DNA of 64,000 nt from Nanobdellota archaeon (GTDB lineage Archaea; Nanobdellota; Nanobdellia; Pacearchaeales; GW2011-AR1): positions 536 through 64,535 of the forward strand of contig JAKADZ010000002.1 in the NCBI GenBank assembly GCA_021818475.1. The letters are read 5' to 3'. The notes beneath the pieces are model-generated. The model made no database searches and had not been told where the DNA came from. It saw only the letters and a program-made list of their open reading frames with translations. Within the stretch, counting starts at the first letter, position 1. Each line of letters starts with the position of its first letter. This document shows, in pieces, positions 26,038-35,728 of this stretch. The translations under genes and the position numbers were made by a program.

Positions 26038-26865
26038 TTATCTCGATTCTTCAACACTTCTTGCAGTTCTCATCGCTTCTTCAGCTTCAACCCTCGCAGC
26101 TTCAGCCTGAGCTCTTCTTATATCATTGCCTATTCTCCACATCCAATTTCTGAACTTACTGTTGAAAATAACAATTAATAACACCACCAAGAAAACTACA
26201 AGCATTATTATAATTGGTAAGGTTAATCCTAATTGAATCTGACCGCTAGCTAGTCCAGATATTAATTTGTAAATTAAGACTACAAGAAAAAACAACCACA
26301 AAAAGACTTCGAGCATAATTTTAGGAACACTCATTTGTCTGACTTTTTCATTGGATAAAAGCATTGCTGAAACAAACAGCATAATCATGAAAGGGATGAT
26401 AAAAGTAAGGGTAATTCCTAATGCGTCATAACTTGTTAAAATTGTAAAAACTTCAGAAGGAGTGATATATGCAGTAGCCAAAAAACTAACCGGAATTGCA
26501 ATTAAAGCTTGGAATACTCCTGAAGGAGGAAACTTAGCAAAACTTAATGCTCCCCAAATCAAACCGGTAAGCATAATCCAGAATAAATATTTAGCAATGT
26601 TAATATCTAGTTGTCCTGCACTCCATTGGGTAAATAAATCAGAAACAAAACTTGTTCCTGCACCCAGCGTCGGACTTGAAGAAGAACCAGAAAATGCATC
26701 AGCATTTCCCGAAATAACTTCACCGGTATGAGTAGCAAAACTTACTACAGTGATAAAAGCGATAACTGCAATTAATAAAAGAAGAGGAAAAAATTTACGA
26801 AGATAGGATGAAAAACTTTTTGATTTAACCGAATGAATCTGCCTCTTTTTACTTACTTTCTTCAT
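26038..26865 (-). CDS. polytopic membrane protein (275 aa)
   Basis: About 6 hydrophobic helices and a charged helical C-terminus. Confidence 0.5.
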   Translation of the reverse strand: MKKVSKKRQIHSVKSKSFSSYLRKFFPLLLLIAVIAFITVVSFATHTGEVISGNADAFSGSSSSPTLGAGTSFVSDLFTQWSAGQLDINIAKYLFWIMLTGLIWGALSFAKFPPSGVFQALIAIPVSFLATAYITPSEVFTILTSYDALGITLTFIIPFMIMLFVSAMLLSNEKVRQMSVPKIMLEVFLWLFFLVVLIYKLISGLASGQIQLGLTLPIIIMLVVFLVVLLIVIFNSKFRNWMWRIGNDIRRAQAEAARVEAEEAMRTARSVEESR

Positions 26866-26947
26866 AATAGGAAAATAACCCTTCCTAATTTATAAATGTT
26901 TTTATAATTTAGAATAAACAAAAATTTAAATAAACAGTTTCTTTATT

Positions 26948-27484
26948 TTGGATATGAAAAAAGAGCTGACAGGAATATTAATTTTTTTCCTTGCAATTAG
27001 TTTTGTAAGCGCAGCAACATTAAGCGATTTGTTAAATCAAATAGATGAATCAACTTTGGTATTATATGCAATTTTTATTGTGTCTTTTGTATTGTTATTT
27101 TTCTCATTAAATAAATTCTTCAAGGAAAACAGAACAACCTCAGGAATTATTGCCGCAGCAATTTCTCTGCTGTTAGTTTATTTTGTAAATAAAAACGGAA
27201 TTGATGTATCAGGATTTCTTTATGATTTAGGGGTTTCTTCAGATGCCCTTATGACAATCCTTCCATTAGTTATTCTTGGCGGGATAGTTATTGCGATAAT
27301 TAAACTAGCAAAAAATTCACTTTTAGTCATCGGAGGAGCTTTAATATTTGCAAGTTTCTTTGTGTATGCGGAAACTCTTTTGTTGGTCGTAGGAATAACC
27401 TTAGTAATAATAAGATTTTTGATTCCCAAAGGAAAATGGGAAATGAAAAAAGATAAGAACAAAGATAAGGGCGCAGGAATTTAA
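26948..27484 (+). CDS. membrane protein (178 aa)
   Basis: Signal/anchor plus about 4 TM helices; divergent from the previous gene. Confidence 0.5.
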   Translation: MDMKKELTGILIFFLAISFVSAATLSDLLNQIDESTLVLYAIFIVSFVLLFFSLNKFFKENRTTSGIIAAAISLLLVYFVNKNGIDVSGFLYDLGVSSDALMTILPLVILGGIVIAIIKLAKNSLLVIGGALIFASFFVYAETLLLVVGITLVIIRFLIPKGKWEMKKDKNKDKGAGI

Positions 27485-27529
27485 TAAAAATTTCATTAAT
27501 TCTTTTTGTAAATTATATGTATCAGCAAA

Positions 27530-27673
27530 GACTATATGAACAAATGTGTTAAAATTTTTCCTCATTAATTTATTTTTTAAGTGAAGAAATCTGCCGAATG
27601 GCGATTTCGGAGCAATTCATCTCAAAAATTTCTGAAAGAAATTTTTGCAATTTTCCCAAGGGATGGTCGGGAG
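27530..27673 (+). repeat. mosaic repeat copy (ttaaaatttttcctcattaat module, atttcggagcaattcatctc, A/T hairpin 27623-27647)
   Basis: Collinear with 18425-18625. Confidence 0.7.
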
Positions 27674-27824
27674 TTAAGAAACCGATTAGGTGTTCGTCAT
27701 CAGCCATGAGCAGTCTCTCAAAGGGAAAAGCTATTAAGAAGAACCGTTTAGGTGTTCGTCATCAGCCATGAGCAGTATCTTAAAGGGAGAAGCTATTAAG
27801 AAGAACCGATTAGGTTCGTCTTAG
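27674..27824. repeat. 2.5 tandem copies of a 60-62-nt unit running into the fen1 stop codon
   Basis: Units start at 27674, 27734 and 27796 (ttaagaaRaaccgWttaggtgttcgtcatcagccatgagcagt...aaaggga); related to 58611-58719. Confidence 0.9.
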
Positions 27825-28861
27825 AACCAGCTATCCAGCCCCATTTGTTTGTTTCTCTCTGTAATTTCTCTTAATCGTTCAAGCTGCTTCTGAACTCTGT
27901 CATCTGAAAAGTCATGTTCCTCAACTAAAATTTCCCTTATCTTTTTCTCATTAACTTTTGTAAATTTAAAAAGAGAATTTGAAACATCGGGCTTGTGAAA
28001 TAATTCAAAAATAACTCTCCAGTCAAATTTATCCTCTTCAGAAAGATTATTCATCTGTTCTTTAACGCTGTCAAAAATTAAAATCGGCTGCTTAAATCGT
28101 TTAACAATTTGCAGTGCTTTTTTCTGCCCTATTCCGGGAATTCCTTTTGGATTATAATCAGTTCCGACTAAAATTCCAAGGCAAATCAGCTGGTCAAGAT
28201 TTATTTCAAGATAATTCAAAACTTTTTCAAGTTCAATAATTTCTGGCTTGACTTCCATCCAGCCGCTTATTGTTTTTCTTTTTTTTGCAAGAGTTAAATT
28301 TCGAATTAGTCTTGGAGCTCCGAATAGCAAACTGTCATAATCCTGGCTTGCTGCTGCAAAAATTCCCTCGCGTATCCTCGCCAAATGTGCTGCCTGTGCT
28401 TCGCCTTCTCCGGGAGCCTGAACAACTGCAATCCCCATAGCTTCCAGAAGCTCCTTGCTCTCTCTGATTATTTCATCGTTAATTCTTACTAACTGACTGC
28501 TGTATCTTTTCATTCCTTCAATGTCTTCCTCACCCTTCGCTTCTTCATATCTTCCCTTGGCAATTTCTCTGACTCCTTCTCTCTCCCTGAATGTTTTGTA
28601 TTTCATCTCCGGTGGTTTTCCGTCAAAGACGTAAACTAATTTTATTCCATGTTCGAGCAGAGTTATATTCCTGTAAAAAATTCCTGAAAGGTGGCTTGTA
28701 ATTCTTTGTTTCTTATCCATCAGCGGAGTCCCGTCAATCTGCCTTATGCTTGAAAGAAATTGATAAATTGTGTTAAACGCATCAACGCAGATTACTTTGC
28801 CTTTTAATTCAGAAATCTCAATTTCTCTTCGCGGAATTATCTCTCTGATGCTTAGCCCCAT
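27821..28861 (-). CDS. fen1: flap endonuclease 1
   Basis: MGLSIREIIP...VCVDAFNTIYQFL N-domain, GEGEAQAA I-domain, helix-3-turn-helix region. Confidence 0.9.
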   Translation of the reverse strand: MGLSIREIIPRREIEISELKGKVICVDAFNTIYQFLSSIRQIDGTPLMDKKQRITSHLSGIFYRNITLLEHGIKLVYVFDGKPPEMKYKTFREREGVREIAKGRYEEAKGEEDIEGMKRYSSQLVRINDEIIRESKELLEAMGIAVVQAPGEGEAQAAHLARIREGIFAAASQDYDSLLFGAPRLIRNLTLAKKRKTISGWMEVKPEIIELEKVLNYLEINLDQLICLGILVGTDYNPKGIPGIGQKKALQIVKRFKQPILIFDSVKEQMNNLSEEDKFDWRVIFELFHKPDVSNSLFKFTKVNEKKIREILVEEHDFSDDRVQKQLERLREITERNKQMGLDSWF

Positions 28862-28892
28862 ATAAAATTAATGTATAAGAAATATAAATATC

Positions 28893-29126
28893 TTATTGAT
28901 TTTCCTCTTTCTCTCTTCTTATCTTATAATACATCTTGTGGATTCTTGTCCATTCTTCAAGGGAAAGATTTTCTATTCTTGCCCGGTAAATCGCCCGGTC
29001 AACTAATTCCATCCCTATTCCCCCGCTTGAATCCTGATCAGGGTCATAACCAAAAAATTCATTTTCAAAGTCAACATCCTCTGAGATTGGAAGTTTCCTT
29101 TCTGAGATAGGCAATGAATACTCCAT
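28893..29126 (-). CDS. hypothetical acidic protein (77 aa)
   Basis: Co-directional with fen1; preferred over the overlapping plus-strand ORF on composition. Confidence 0.4.
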   Translation of the reverse strand: MEYSLPISERKLPISEDVDFENEFFGYDPDQDSSGGIGMELVDRAIYRARIENLSLEEWTRIHKMYYKIRREKEENQ

Positions 29127-29197
29127 CGAAAAATGACTAAAAAAGACTATATAAATTATCTCTTAAGCTTTAAATAATTCGGATACTATTTATTATC

Positions 29198-31639
29198 ATG
29201 AAAATAGAGTTCATCCCGATAAGTTATGATTATTTTGATTTTGAAGGAAGAAATTATGCACAAATAATCGGACGGGACAAAAACGGCAAAAGAGTATGCC
29301 TGATAGATTCGTGTGATGTTTATTTCTGGGCAATTTTAGAGGAGGGAGTAAAAGAAAAAGAAATTGAAAAATTAAGGGAAAAAATAGAAAAAATAAAACT
29401 GGACGAGAAAGGAAGAAAAACTAAAGTTGAAAAGACAGAAGTTCATGAAAAAAATTTCCTTGGGAAAAAAGTAAAGGCAATAAAAATATTTGCGACAAAT
29501 TACAAGGATTTGCACGGAATCGCAGATAAGATGGGCATGCCTGAAATTGAAAAACGAAGAGGATATGACCTTGGGTTTATAACTCATTACATTATTGAAA
29601 AAAAATTAAATCCTCTTTTGTGGTATGAAATTTCCGGGGAAACTTTAGAAGCGATGGAATTTGGAGGAATAGAAAATGCACTTGATGTGGACTTATGTTT
29701 AAAGGTAAAAACAATAAATCCCTTAAAAAAAGATGAGTTTCAGAAAAAAGTTCTTGCATTTGATATTGAAGCAGATGAATTAAAAATTGGCGATGGAGAA
29801 ATTCTTATGGTTTCTCTCGTCGGAGACAATTTCAAAAAAGTTATAACATGGAAGAAAAATATTCCTCTTCCTTATGTTGAATATGTCAAGGATGAAGCAG
29901 AGCTGATAGAAAAATTTGTGGAAACAGTAAAAAAAATTTCACCGGATTTTTTAGTCGGATATTTTTCAGACGGATTTGATATGCCTTATCTGAAAGCGAG
30001 AGCCGAAAAATACAGGATTAAATTAAGTCTTGGACTTGATGGAAGCCAGCCGAAGTTCTCAAGAGGAGTAATGACCACTGCAAAAATTGAAGGAATTGCC
30101 CACATCGATTTGCTGAGATTTATTGAAACTGCTTATTCACAGTATATGTCATCTGAAACTTTGTCTTTAAATGAAGTTGCCCATGAATTTTTAGGGGAAT
30201 CGAAAAAAGATTTTGAATTCAGGCATTCATCGAAGATAAAAGAAAATGAATGGGAAAAATATTTTGAGTATAATCTTCATGACTCAGTTTTAACTTACAA
30301 AATTTTCGAAAAAATTTGGCCTGACCTTTTGGAATTTACAAGGATTATGCACGAGCCGGTTTTTGATGTTTCCAGAAATGGCATGTCAACAAATGTTGAG
30401 GATTATGTAATCCATAATCTTGACAAGTTTAACGAAATTCCTGAAAAAAGGCCGACTTACGACGAGATTGGCGAGAGGCAGAAGAGAGGAAAATATGAAG
30501 GAGCGTTCGTATTCCAGCCTGAGCCCGGGCTTTACGAAGACATTGCAATTTTTGATTTCACGAGCAGTTACGGAAGTGTAATTGTCACATACAATCTGTC
30601 AAAATCTACATTTTTAGAAAAACCCGAAAAAGAAAGCTACAGCATAGAAATAGAAAATAAAAAAGTTTATTTCAGCAAAAAAAGCGGGTTTTTCCCGGAG
30701 ATGCTAAAAGAAATTATAGAAAAAAGAAGGCAATACAAGGAAGAATTAAAAATCAAGCCTGATGCAATAAAAAAAGCGAGGAGCAACGCATTCAAACTTT
30801 TAGCAAATGCTTCTTATGGTTACCTTGGATTTTTTGGGGCAAGATATTATTGCGAAGAAGCAGCCGCAGCAACAGCAGCATTTGCACGCGAAGCAATAAA
30901 AAACATCATTGACAAAATTGACAAGGAAGGATACAAAACGATTTATTCTGACACAGATTCAATTGCATTTCTTCTTGGAAAAAGAACAAAAGAAGACGCG
31001 AAAAAATTCCTAAAAAAATTAAACTCAGAACTTCCAGGAATAATGGAACTGGAACTTGAAGATTTTTACAAAAGGGGAATTTGGGTTACAAAAAGAACAG
31101 GAGAATTTGGAGCAAAGAAAAAATATGCGCTGATAAATTATGAAGACAAATTGAAAATCCGCGGCTTTGAAACTGTGCGAAGAGACTGGTGCAATCTTGC
31201 AAGAGAAACACAGAATAAAGTTTTGAGATTAATTCTTGGAGAAGGAAATGAAAAGAAAGCATTTGATTACATAAAAAAGATAGTTAAGGAAGTAAAAGAA
31301 AGAAAAGTTGAGCTGAAAGAAATGACAATAAAAACACAGCTGAAAAAACCAATCAGCGAATACAAAGCCATCTCCCCCCACGTCATTGCTGCCAAAAAAA
31401 TGATTGATAAAGAGATGCCTGTTGATATGGGAAGCCTTATTGAATATTACATTGCTGAAACAAAAGAAAAAACAAAATTAATCCGCGAGAAAGTAAAACT
31501 TCCTGATGAAAAAGGAGAATACAACATTGAATATTATCTGAAGCATCAGATTCTTCCTGCAGTTGAAAATATAATGCAGGTTTTCAACGTGGATGTAAAT
31601 ACAATTTTAGAAAGCAAAAAGCAAAAAACTTTGTTTTAA
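29198..31639 (+). CDS. polB: family B DNA polymerase
   Basis: Exo I FDIEAD, motif A region, SxYGYLGF, motif C YSDTDS, KKKYA. Confidence 0.9.
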   Translation: MKIEFIPISYDYFDFEGRNYAQIIGRDKNGKRVCLIDSCDVYFWAILEEGVKEKEIEKLREKIEKIKLDEKGRKTKVEKTEVHEKNFLGKKVKAIKIFATNYKDLHGIADKMGMPEIEKRRGYDLGFITHYIIEKKLNPLLWYEISGETLEAMEFGGIENALDVDLCLKVKTINPLKKDEFQKKVLAFDIEADELKIGDGEILMVSLVGDNFKKVITWKKNIPLPYVEYVKDEAELIEKFVETVKKISPDFLVGYFSDGFDMPYLKARAEKYRIKLSLGLDGSQPKFSRGVMTTAKIEGIAHIDLLRFIETAYSQYMSSETLSLNEVAHEFLGESKKDFEFRHSSKIKENEWEKYFEYNLHDSVLTYKIFEKIWPDLLEFTRIMHEPVFDVSRNGMSTNVEDYVIHNLDKFNEIPEKRPTYDEIGERQKRGKYEGAFVFQPEPGLYEDIAIFDFTSSYGSVIVTYNLSKSTFLEKPEKESYSIEIENKKVYFSKKSGFFPEMLKEIIEKRRQYKEELKIKPDAIKKARSNAFKLLANASYGYLGFFGARYYCEEAAAATAAFAREAIKNIIDKIDKEGYKTIYSDTDSIAFLLGKRTKEDAKKFLKKLNSELPGIMELELEDFYKRGIWVTKRTGEFGAKKKYALINYEDKLKIRGFETVRRDWCNLARETQNKVLRLILGEGNEKKAFDYIKKIVKEVKERKVELKEMTIKTQLKKPISEYKAISPHVIAAKKMIDKEMPVDMGSLIEYYIAETKEKTKLIREKVKLPDEKGEYNIEYYLKHQILPAVENIMQVFNVDVNTILESKKQKTLF

Positions 31640-32151
31640 ACTGCTTCTTCTGCCAAAGAAATAAATTCTTCAGTAACCTTAAGAGAACTGGCTAATTTTT
31701 TAAGATAGTCTATTTTTTCTGGGCTTAATGAACCCATTTTTTCTCTCAATTTTTTCTCATTCTCTGCCCAATGTTTATTAAGGTAATCATTCATTTTAAA
31801 ATCAATAATTTGATCTCTTGACTTCATCTCCAAATCAGTTACTCTCTGAACAATGTCTCTTTTTGCTCGGTTAAGCAAATCAACACGGTTGTTCCCTCCG
31901 ATATTTTTTGGAATTTGTCTTGTTACCTGAAAAGTTCCGTTTGGCAGATATTGTCTTGTGTATATATTAAGCTGGTTTCCTGAAGCATCCAAAACAATTT
32001 CCCCTTTTTCAAAAATAATTCTCTGAACCAAAGGAGAATCGTAAATTATCTTTTTTATGCTTCGTACCTGTGAGTATAATGGACTTTCTCTAGGCAATGT
32101 TCTGTTTGCATAAACTAATGTTTCCATGTTTTCCATAGCATTTTTCTTCAA
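31636..32151 (-). CDS. hypothetical protein (171 aa)
   Basis: Clean ORF convergent with polB. Confidence 0.45.
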   Translation of the reverse strand: MKKNAMENMETLVYANRTLPRESPLYSQVRSIKKIIYDSPLVQRIIFEKGEIVLDASGNQLNIYTRQYLPNGTFQVTRQIPKNIGGNNRVDLLNRAKRDIVQRVTDLEMKSRDQIIDFKMNDYLNKHWAENEKKLREKMGSLSPEKIDYLKKLASSLKVTEEFISLAEEAV

Positions 32152-32236
32152 TCATACTATATAAATGTTATGTTATTTGCCATTCTTTAGGGGTTACAAA
32201 GATAAGGTTTAAAAATAATGAATTTATCAAAGGAAT

Positions 32237-32848
32237 ATGAATCACAACTATCAAAGTGTTAAAGAAACATTAGCAGAACAAGTAGTAGGAATTGACGAAA
32301 GTTATATTGGGAAAGCGTTAAGGGAATACGGATTGGAAGAGTTTCCAGAAGCAGGATTAAGTGATATTGGATTAAGCAAGTTAGTAAAAACTGCAACAGA
32401 TATTTATCACAGTGAGATAGATTTAACTCCAAGGAAACCAGTAAAAGGAAATTTGCCTGTTCCTAAAGTTAAAAAAGAAAAAGAGAGGAGTTTAGAAGCT
32501 CAAATTCTTAAGAAAGAGACTCCAAAAGTTGCGAGAGGAATTTTAAAAACAATAACTTATCCAACTATTGGAATTACTTTTTTATTTCCCACCATGTACA
32601 AAAAAGTATTGTCTACCGCTAAAGACACCGAAGCCTTTGAAAACTTAACTACCTTTGGAGCAGTAGTGGAAACTATTGGAATGTATTTTATTTTAGCCAA
32701 TACAAACCCCAAATTAATTCCATATGCAATTGCAACTCAGCTATTTACAAATATTGTAAGTGGAGGTTATGAAATTGTTAAGTCTATTTCTGGTTATTTA
32801 AAAAAAAATAAATGTAATGAATATTCAGAACCCCATATTATAGATTAA
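32237..32848 (+). CDS. membrane protein, paralog A (203 aa)
   Basis: Soluble N-terminal part, then TM helices; NPKLIPYAIATQLFTNIVSGGYEIVKS is shared with the next gene. Confidence 0.5.
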   Translation: MNHNYQSVKETLAEQVVGIDESYIGKALREYGLEEFPEAGLSDIGLSKLVKTATDIYHSEIDLTPRKPVKGNLPVPKVKKEKERSLEAQILKKETPKVARGILKTITYPTIGITFLFPTMYKKVLSTAKDTEAFENLTTFGAVVETIGMYFILANTNPKLIPYAIATQLFTNIVSGGYEIVKSISGYLKKNKCNEYSEPHIID

Positions 32849-32864
32849 AAATATCAAAATTAAA

Positions 32865-33800
32865 ATGAATCAAGAATTAACAGCAAGATTAGAATATAGC
32901 GAACAGGATGCAAATGCAATATTTAGCAGAATGCTTGGAAGAAAATATGAAATGCCGAAAGGATTTGTCGATGTAAAATATGCAAAACCAGACGTTGTTG
33001 CAGGATTGCAATATCTTTGCGGAGATGAAGAACTTGCCCAGATAAGTGTTGAATGCTATGATGCAGAAAAAAGAGCAGGATTTGTTGAAGAAGCAGCTGC
33101 AAAAGTTAAGGAGATAACTCAATCTCAAAGTTTAGAAACAAAAGTAAGAAAATCAAAAATAGGAGGAATTAAATCATTTTGTTATGGATTAACAAGCCAG
33201 TTTATAATCCCTACCCTTTTTTATAAAGCTGGAGATGTTAAAGGATGGCCGTTACTTATTGGAACAGTAATTGGAGTCTCTGGGAGTATTATTGGATACA
33301 AATCCCTAATCTACACAAATTCAAAATTAATTCCATATGTTTTAGGAACTCAAATAATTACAAATATCGCAAGTGGAATTTACGAAACTGTTAGAGCGAA
33401 AAGAAAAAGAAAAGAGGAAGAAGATAAAGAAAAAGAGCAAATAAGAATGAGTCAAATGAATGAAGAAGAAGAAAGAAAATTTATCTCTGAAAAAATTGAT
33501 GAGTGGGCAGAAGAGTTTAGAAATGGAGTAGATAGAAAAATTCCAAAAAATGTTAGGGGGCTTAGAGAATTATGTTATAAGACAAATTCATGTCAAGAAT
33601 GCGAATTTTCATTATGTGAATATTTTAGGGGAAATTCAGATAAGAAATATGAACTAACCGAAGAAGAATTAGAAAATATGAATGAAAAAATAAAAAGGGG
33701 GGAAATATCTCATGCCGAGAGAGCTCATTTAATGTATGTTGCTGCACGAAATCTCTCAATTTTTAAAAAAATTGAAAAACCCCGAAAAACAAAAACCTAA
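32865..33800 (+). CDS. membrane protein, paralog B, with charged and Cys-rich C-terminal extension (311 aa)
   Basis: NSKLIPYVLGTQIITNIASGIYETVRA matches paralog A; C-terminal CYKTNSCQECEFSLC. Confidence 0.5.
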   Translation: MNQELTARLEYSEQDANAIFSRMLGRKYEMPKGFVDVKYAKPDVVAGLQYLCGDEELAQISVECYDAEKRAGFVEEAAAKVKEITQSQSLETKVRKSKIGGIKSFCYGLTSQFIIPTLFYKAGDVKGWPLLIGTVIGVSGSIIGYKSLIYTNSKLIPYVLGTQIITNIASGIYETVRAKRKRKEEEDKEKEQIRMSQMNEEEERKFISEKIDEWAEEFRNGVDRKIPKNVRGLRELCYKTNSCQECEFSLCEYFRGNSDKKYELTEEELENMNEKIKRGEISHAERAHLMYVAARNLSIFKKIEKPRKTKT

Positions 33801-33920
33801 TTTTCTCGGAGAAGAGGGAACTAGGAAAAAATGTTATCATGATTGCAATGTATGCAGTAAGAGTTATTGTTCTTTTTCGAAAAGGTAATCTCTCATAAAT
33901 ATCTAACCAAAAAATAGTAT

Positions 33921-34145
33921 AGACCTTGCTCGCTGACGCTCGCTTTTTCAATCCTCTTTTTCAACCGAACAAAACTTTTTTATTAGTTAAAATCCGCGTT
34001 AAAATTCTCTTCCGACATTAACAATTTTTCATCGGAAATTTCATCTTGTCCGAAGGCAGATGAAATTTCAATCAATCTCAAAAAATTCTTTCAGAATTTT
34101 TTGCAATTTTTCCTACGGAAGCAAATTTCGAACTAATCCAAACTC
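33921..34145 (+). repeat. composite about 225-nt mosaic element (ttgctcgctgacgctc box, hairpin 34035-34069, A/T hairpin 34079-34103)
   Basis: Collinear with 40570-40840 and 43561-43860. Confidence 0.8.
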
Positions 34146-34173
34146 ATAAAAACTAAGATTTTCTCTTTTTATT

Positions 34174-35199
34174 ATGCCTAAAAAAACTTACGAGCCAAAG
34201 CCTTTATTCCTTGAAAGAATGAAAGAACTTCTTGGGAAAGATTTTGATGCTTATATGGAAATTCTGAAGCACGAGCCTGTTCGTTCGTTTAGATGCAATA
34301 CTCTTAAAATTTCCCCGGAAAATCTAAAAAAAAGATTAGAGGAAAAAGGATGGAAAATAAAAATTCCTTTTGAAAAATATCCTGAGATTATGATTGTCGA
34401 AGGTAAATATGATAATAAAATTCCGTCGGGGGCGGGCGGGCGGGATGAGAAGAATAATAAATCCAAATTAATTGACTTAGAGCCGGGAGAATTAGGGCGC
34501 TCAATTGAACATTTGCTTGGATATTATTACATTCAGGAAATTGCAAGCATGCTGCCTGTTTTAGTTTTAGAGCCAAAACCAGAAGAAAGAGTTCTTGATT
34601 TATGCGCTTCCCCTGGAAGCAAGACGACACAAATCGCTGCACGAATGCAAAACTCAGGATTGCTGATTGCAAATGAAGTTAAATTCGGAAGAATAAAAAT
34701 TCTCGCGGCAAATCTTGAAAGATGCGGGGTTATGAATACAATAATCACAAGAAAAGACGGAATTGCTTTATGCAAAAGATTCAAGGATGAAAATTTCTTA
34801 TTCGACAAAATACTTTTAGATGCCCCATGCTCAGGAGAGGGAACAATAAGAAGCACTCCGCGAACTCTTGAAATGTGGAATATAAATACGATTAAACAAC
34901 TTTCAAATCTGCAGAAATCTTTAATTTCATCAGCAATTGAAATTCTAAAACCAAACGGAACATTAATTTATTCTACATGCACGCATGCACCTGAAGAGGA
35001 TGAAGAAATTGTTGATTTCGCTCTGAAAAATTTTAATGTTGAAGTAGAAAAAATAGAACTGCCTCTTAAAACAAGTCCTGGAATTGTTAGGTGGGAAGAG
35101 AAAGAATACGCCGAAGATGTAAAATATTCCTGCAGGGTTTATCCTCAGTTGGCTGATACTGAGGGATTTTTCATTGCAAAGATAAGGAAATTAAAATGA
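34174..35199 (+). CDS. NOL1/NOP2/Sun-family RNA m5C methyltransferase
   Basis: DLCASPGSKTT (SAM), DAPCSGEGT and YSTCT catalytic Cys motifs; contains an in-frame G-rich repeat core at 34428-34444. Confidence 0.85.
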   Translation: MPKKTYEPKPLFLERMKELLGKDFDAYMEILKHEPVRSFRCNTLKISPENLKKRLEEKGWKIKIPFEKYPEIMIVEGKYDNKIPSGAGGRDEKNNKSKLIDLEPGELGRSIEHLLGYYYIQEIASMLPVLVLEPKPEERVLDLCASPGSKTTQIAARMQNSGLLIANEVKFGRIKILAANLERCGVMNTIITRKDGIALCKRFKDENFLFDKILLDAPCSGEGTIRSTPRTLEMWNINTIKQLSNLQKSLISSAIEILKPNGTLIYSTCTHAPEEDEEIVDFALKNFNVEVEKIELPLKTSPGIVRWEEKEYAEDVKYSCRVYPQLADTEGFFIAKIRKLK

Positions 35200-35681
35200 T
35201 ACCGATAAAAGTATTAAATAAAAACGAGAAAGAAAAATTCATTAAGCAGCTTAATGAGCAGTTTGGAATAAAAGAAGTAAAAGATAATATTGCTAAATTT
35301 GGCAAGGAAAGAATTATTTTGTTTTCTGCAGGAATTTCAGAAAAAGAAATCCAGACCTTGGATAGATTCGGAAGAGTTGAGGGGGTCGGTGTTTATTTTG
35401 CAAAAATTGACGAAAAAACCAATGATTTAAGATTAAGCATCGAAGGAACCCAATTACTAAAAAATCAGATAACGAAAAATATTTTCGAGCTTGATGAAAA
35501 ACAGGCAGAGCAGTGGATGATGGGGCAGGACCTGAATATTACAACAGGAAAAAAAGGTTTCTTTGTAATAAAGTTTAAAGGAGATTTCCTCGGAACAGGG
35601 AAAATTTCGGAAAACAAAATTTCAAATTTCATCCCTAAAAGCCGAAGGCTGAGATATAAAGAATCAGTTAAATTATCTTAA
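35196..35681 (+). CDS. Nip7-like / PUA-domain RNA-binding protein
   Basis: ATGA overlap with the methylase; pattern GVYFAKI...EQWMMGQDL...FFVIKFKGDFLGTGK. Confidence 0.45.
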   Translation: MIPIKVLNKNEKEKFIKQLNEQFGIKEVKDNIAKFGKERIILFSAGISEKEIQTLDRFGRVEGVGVYFAKIDEKTNDLRLSIEGTQLLKNQITKNIFELDEKQAEQWMMGQDLNITTGKKGFFVIKFKGDFLGTGKISENKISNFIPKSRRLRYKESVKLS

Positions 35682-35728
35682 CTAAAGAGTAGTGAAAGAT
35701 TTATAAAGATTAGAGCATACATATTTTT

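Noticed and set aside
28871-29110. 79-aa plus-strand ORF overlapping the 77-aa minus-strand ORF upstream of fen1
   Set aside because: The plus-strand product is hydrophobic, low-complexity and Leu/Phe/Ser-rich. The minus-strand ORF is co-directional with fen1 and has a more protein-like composition. Neither call is strong.
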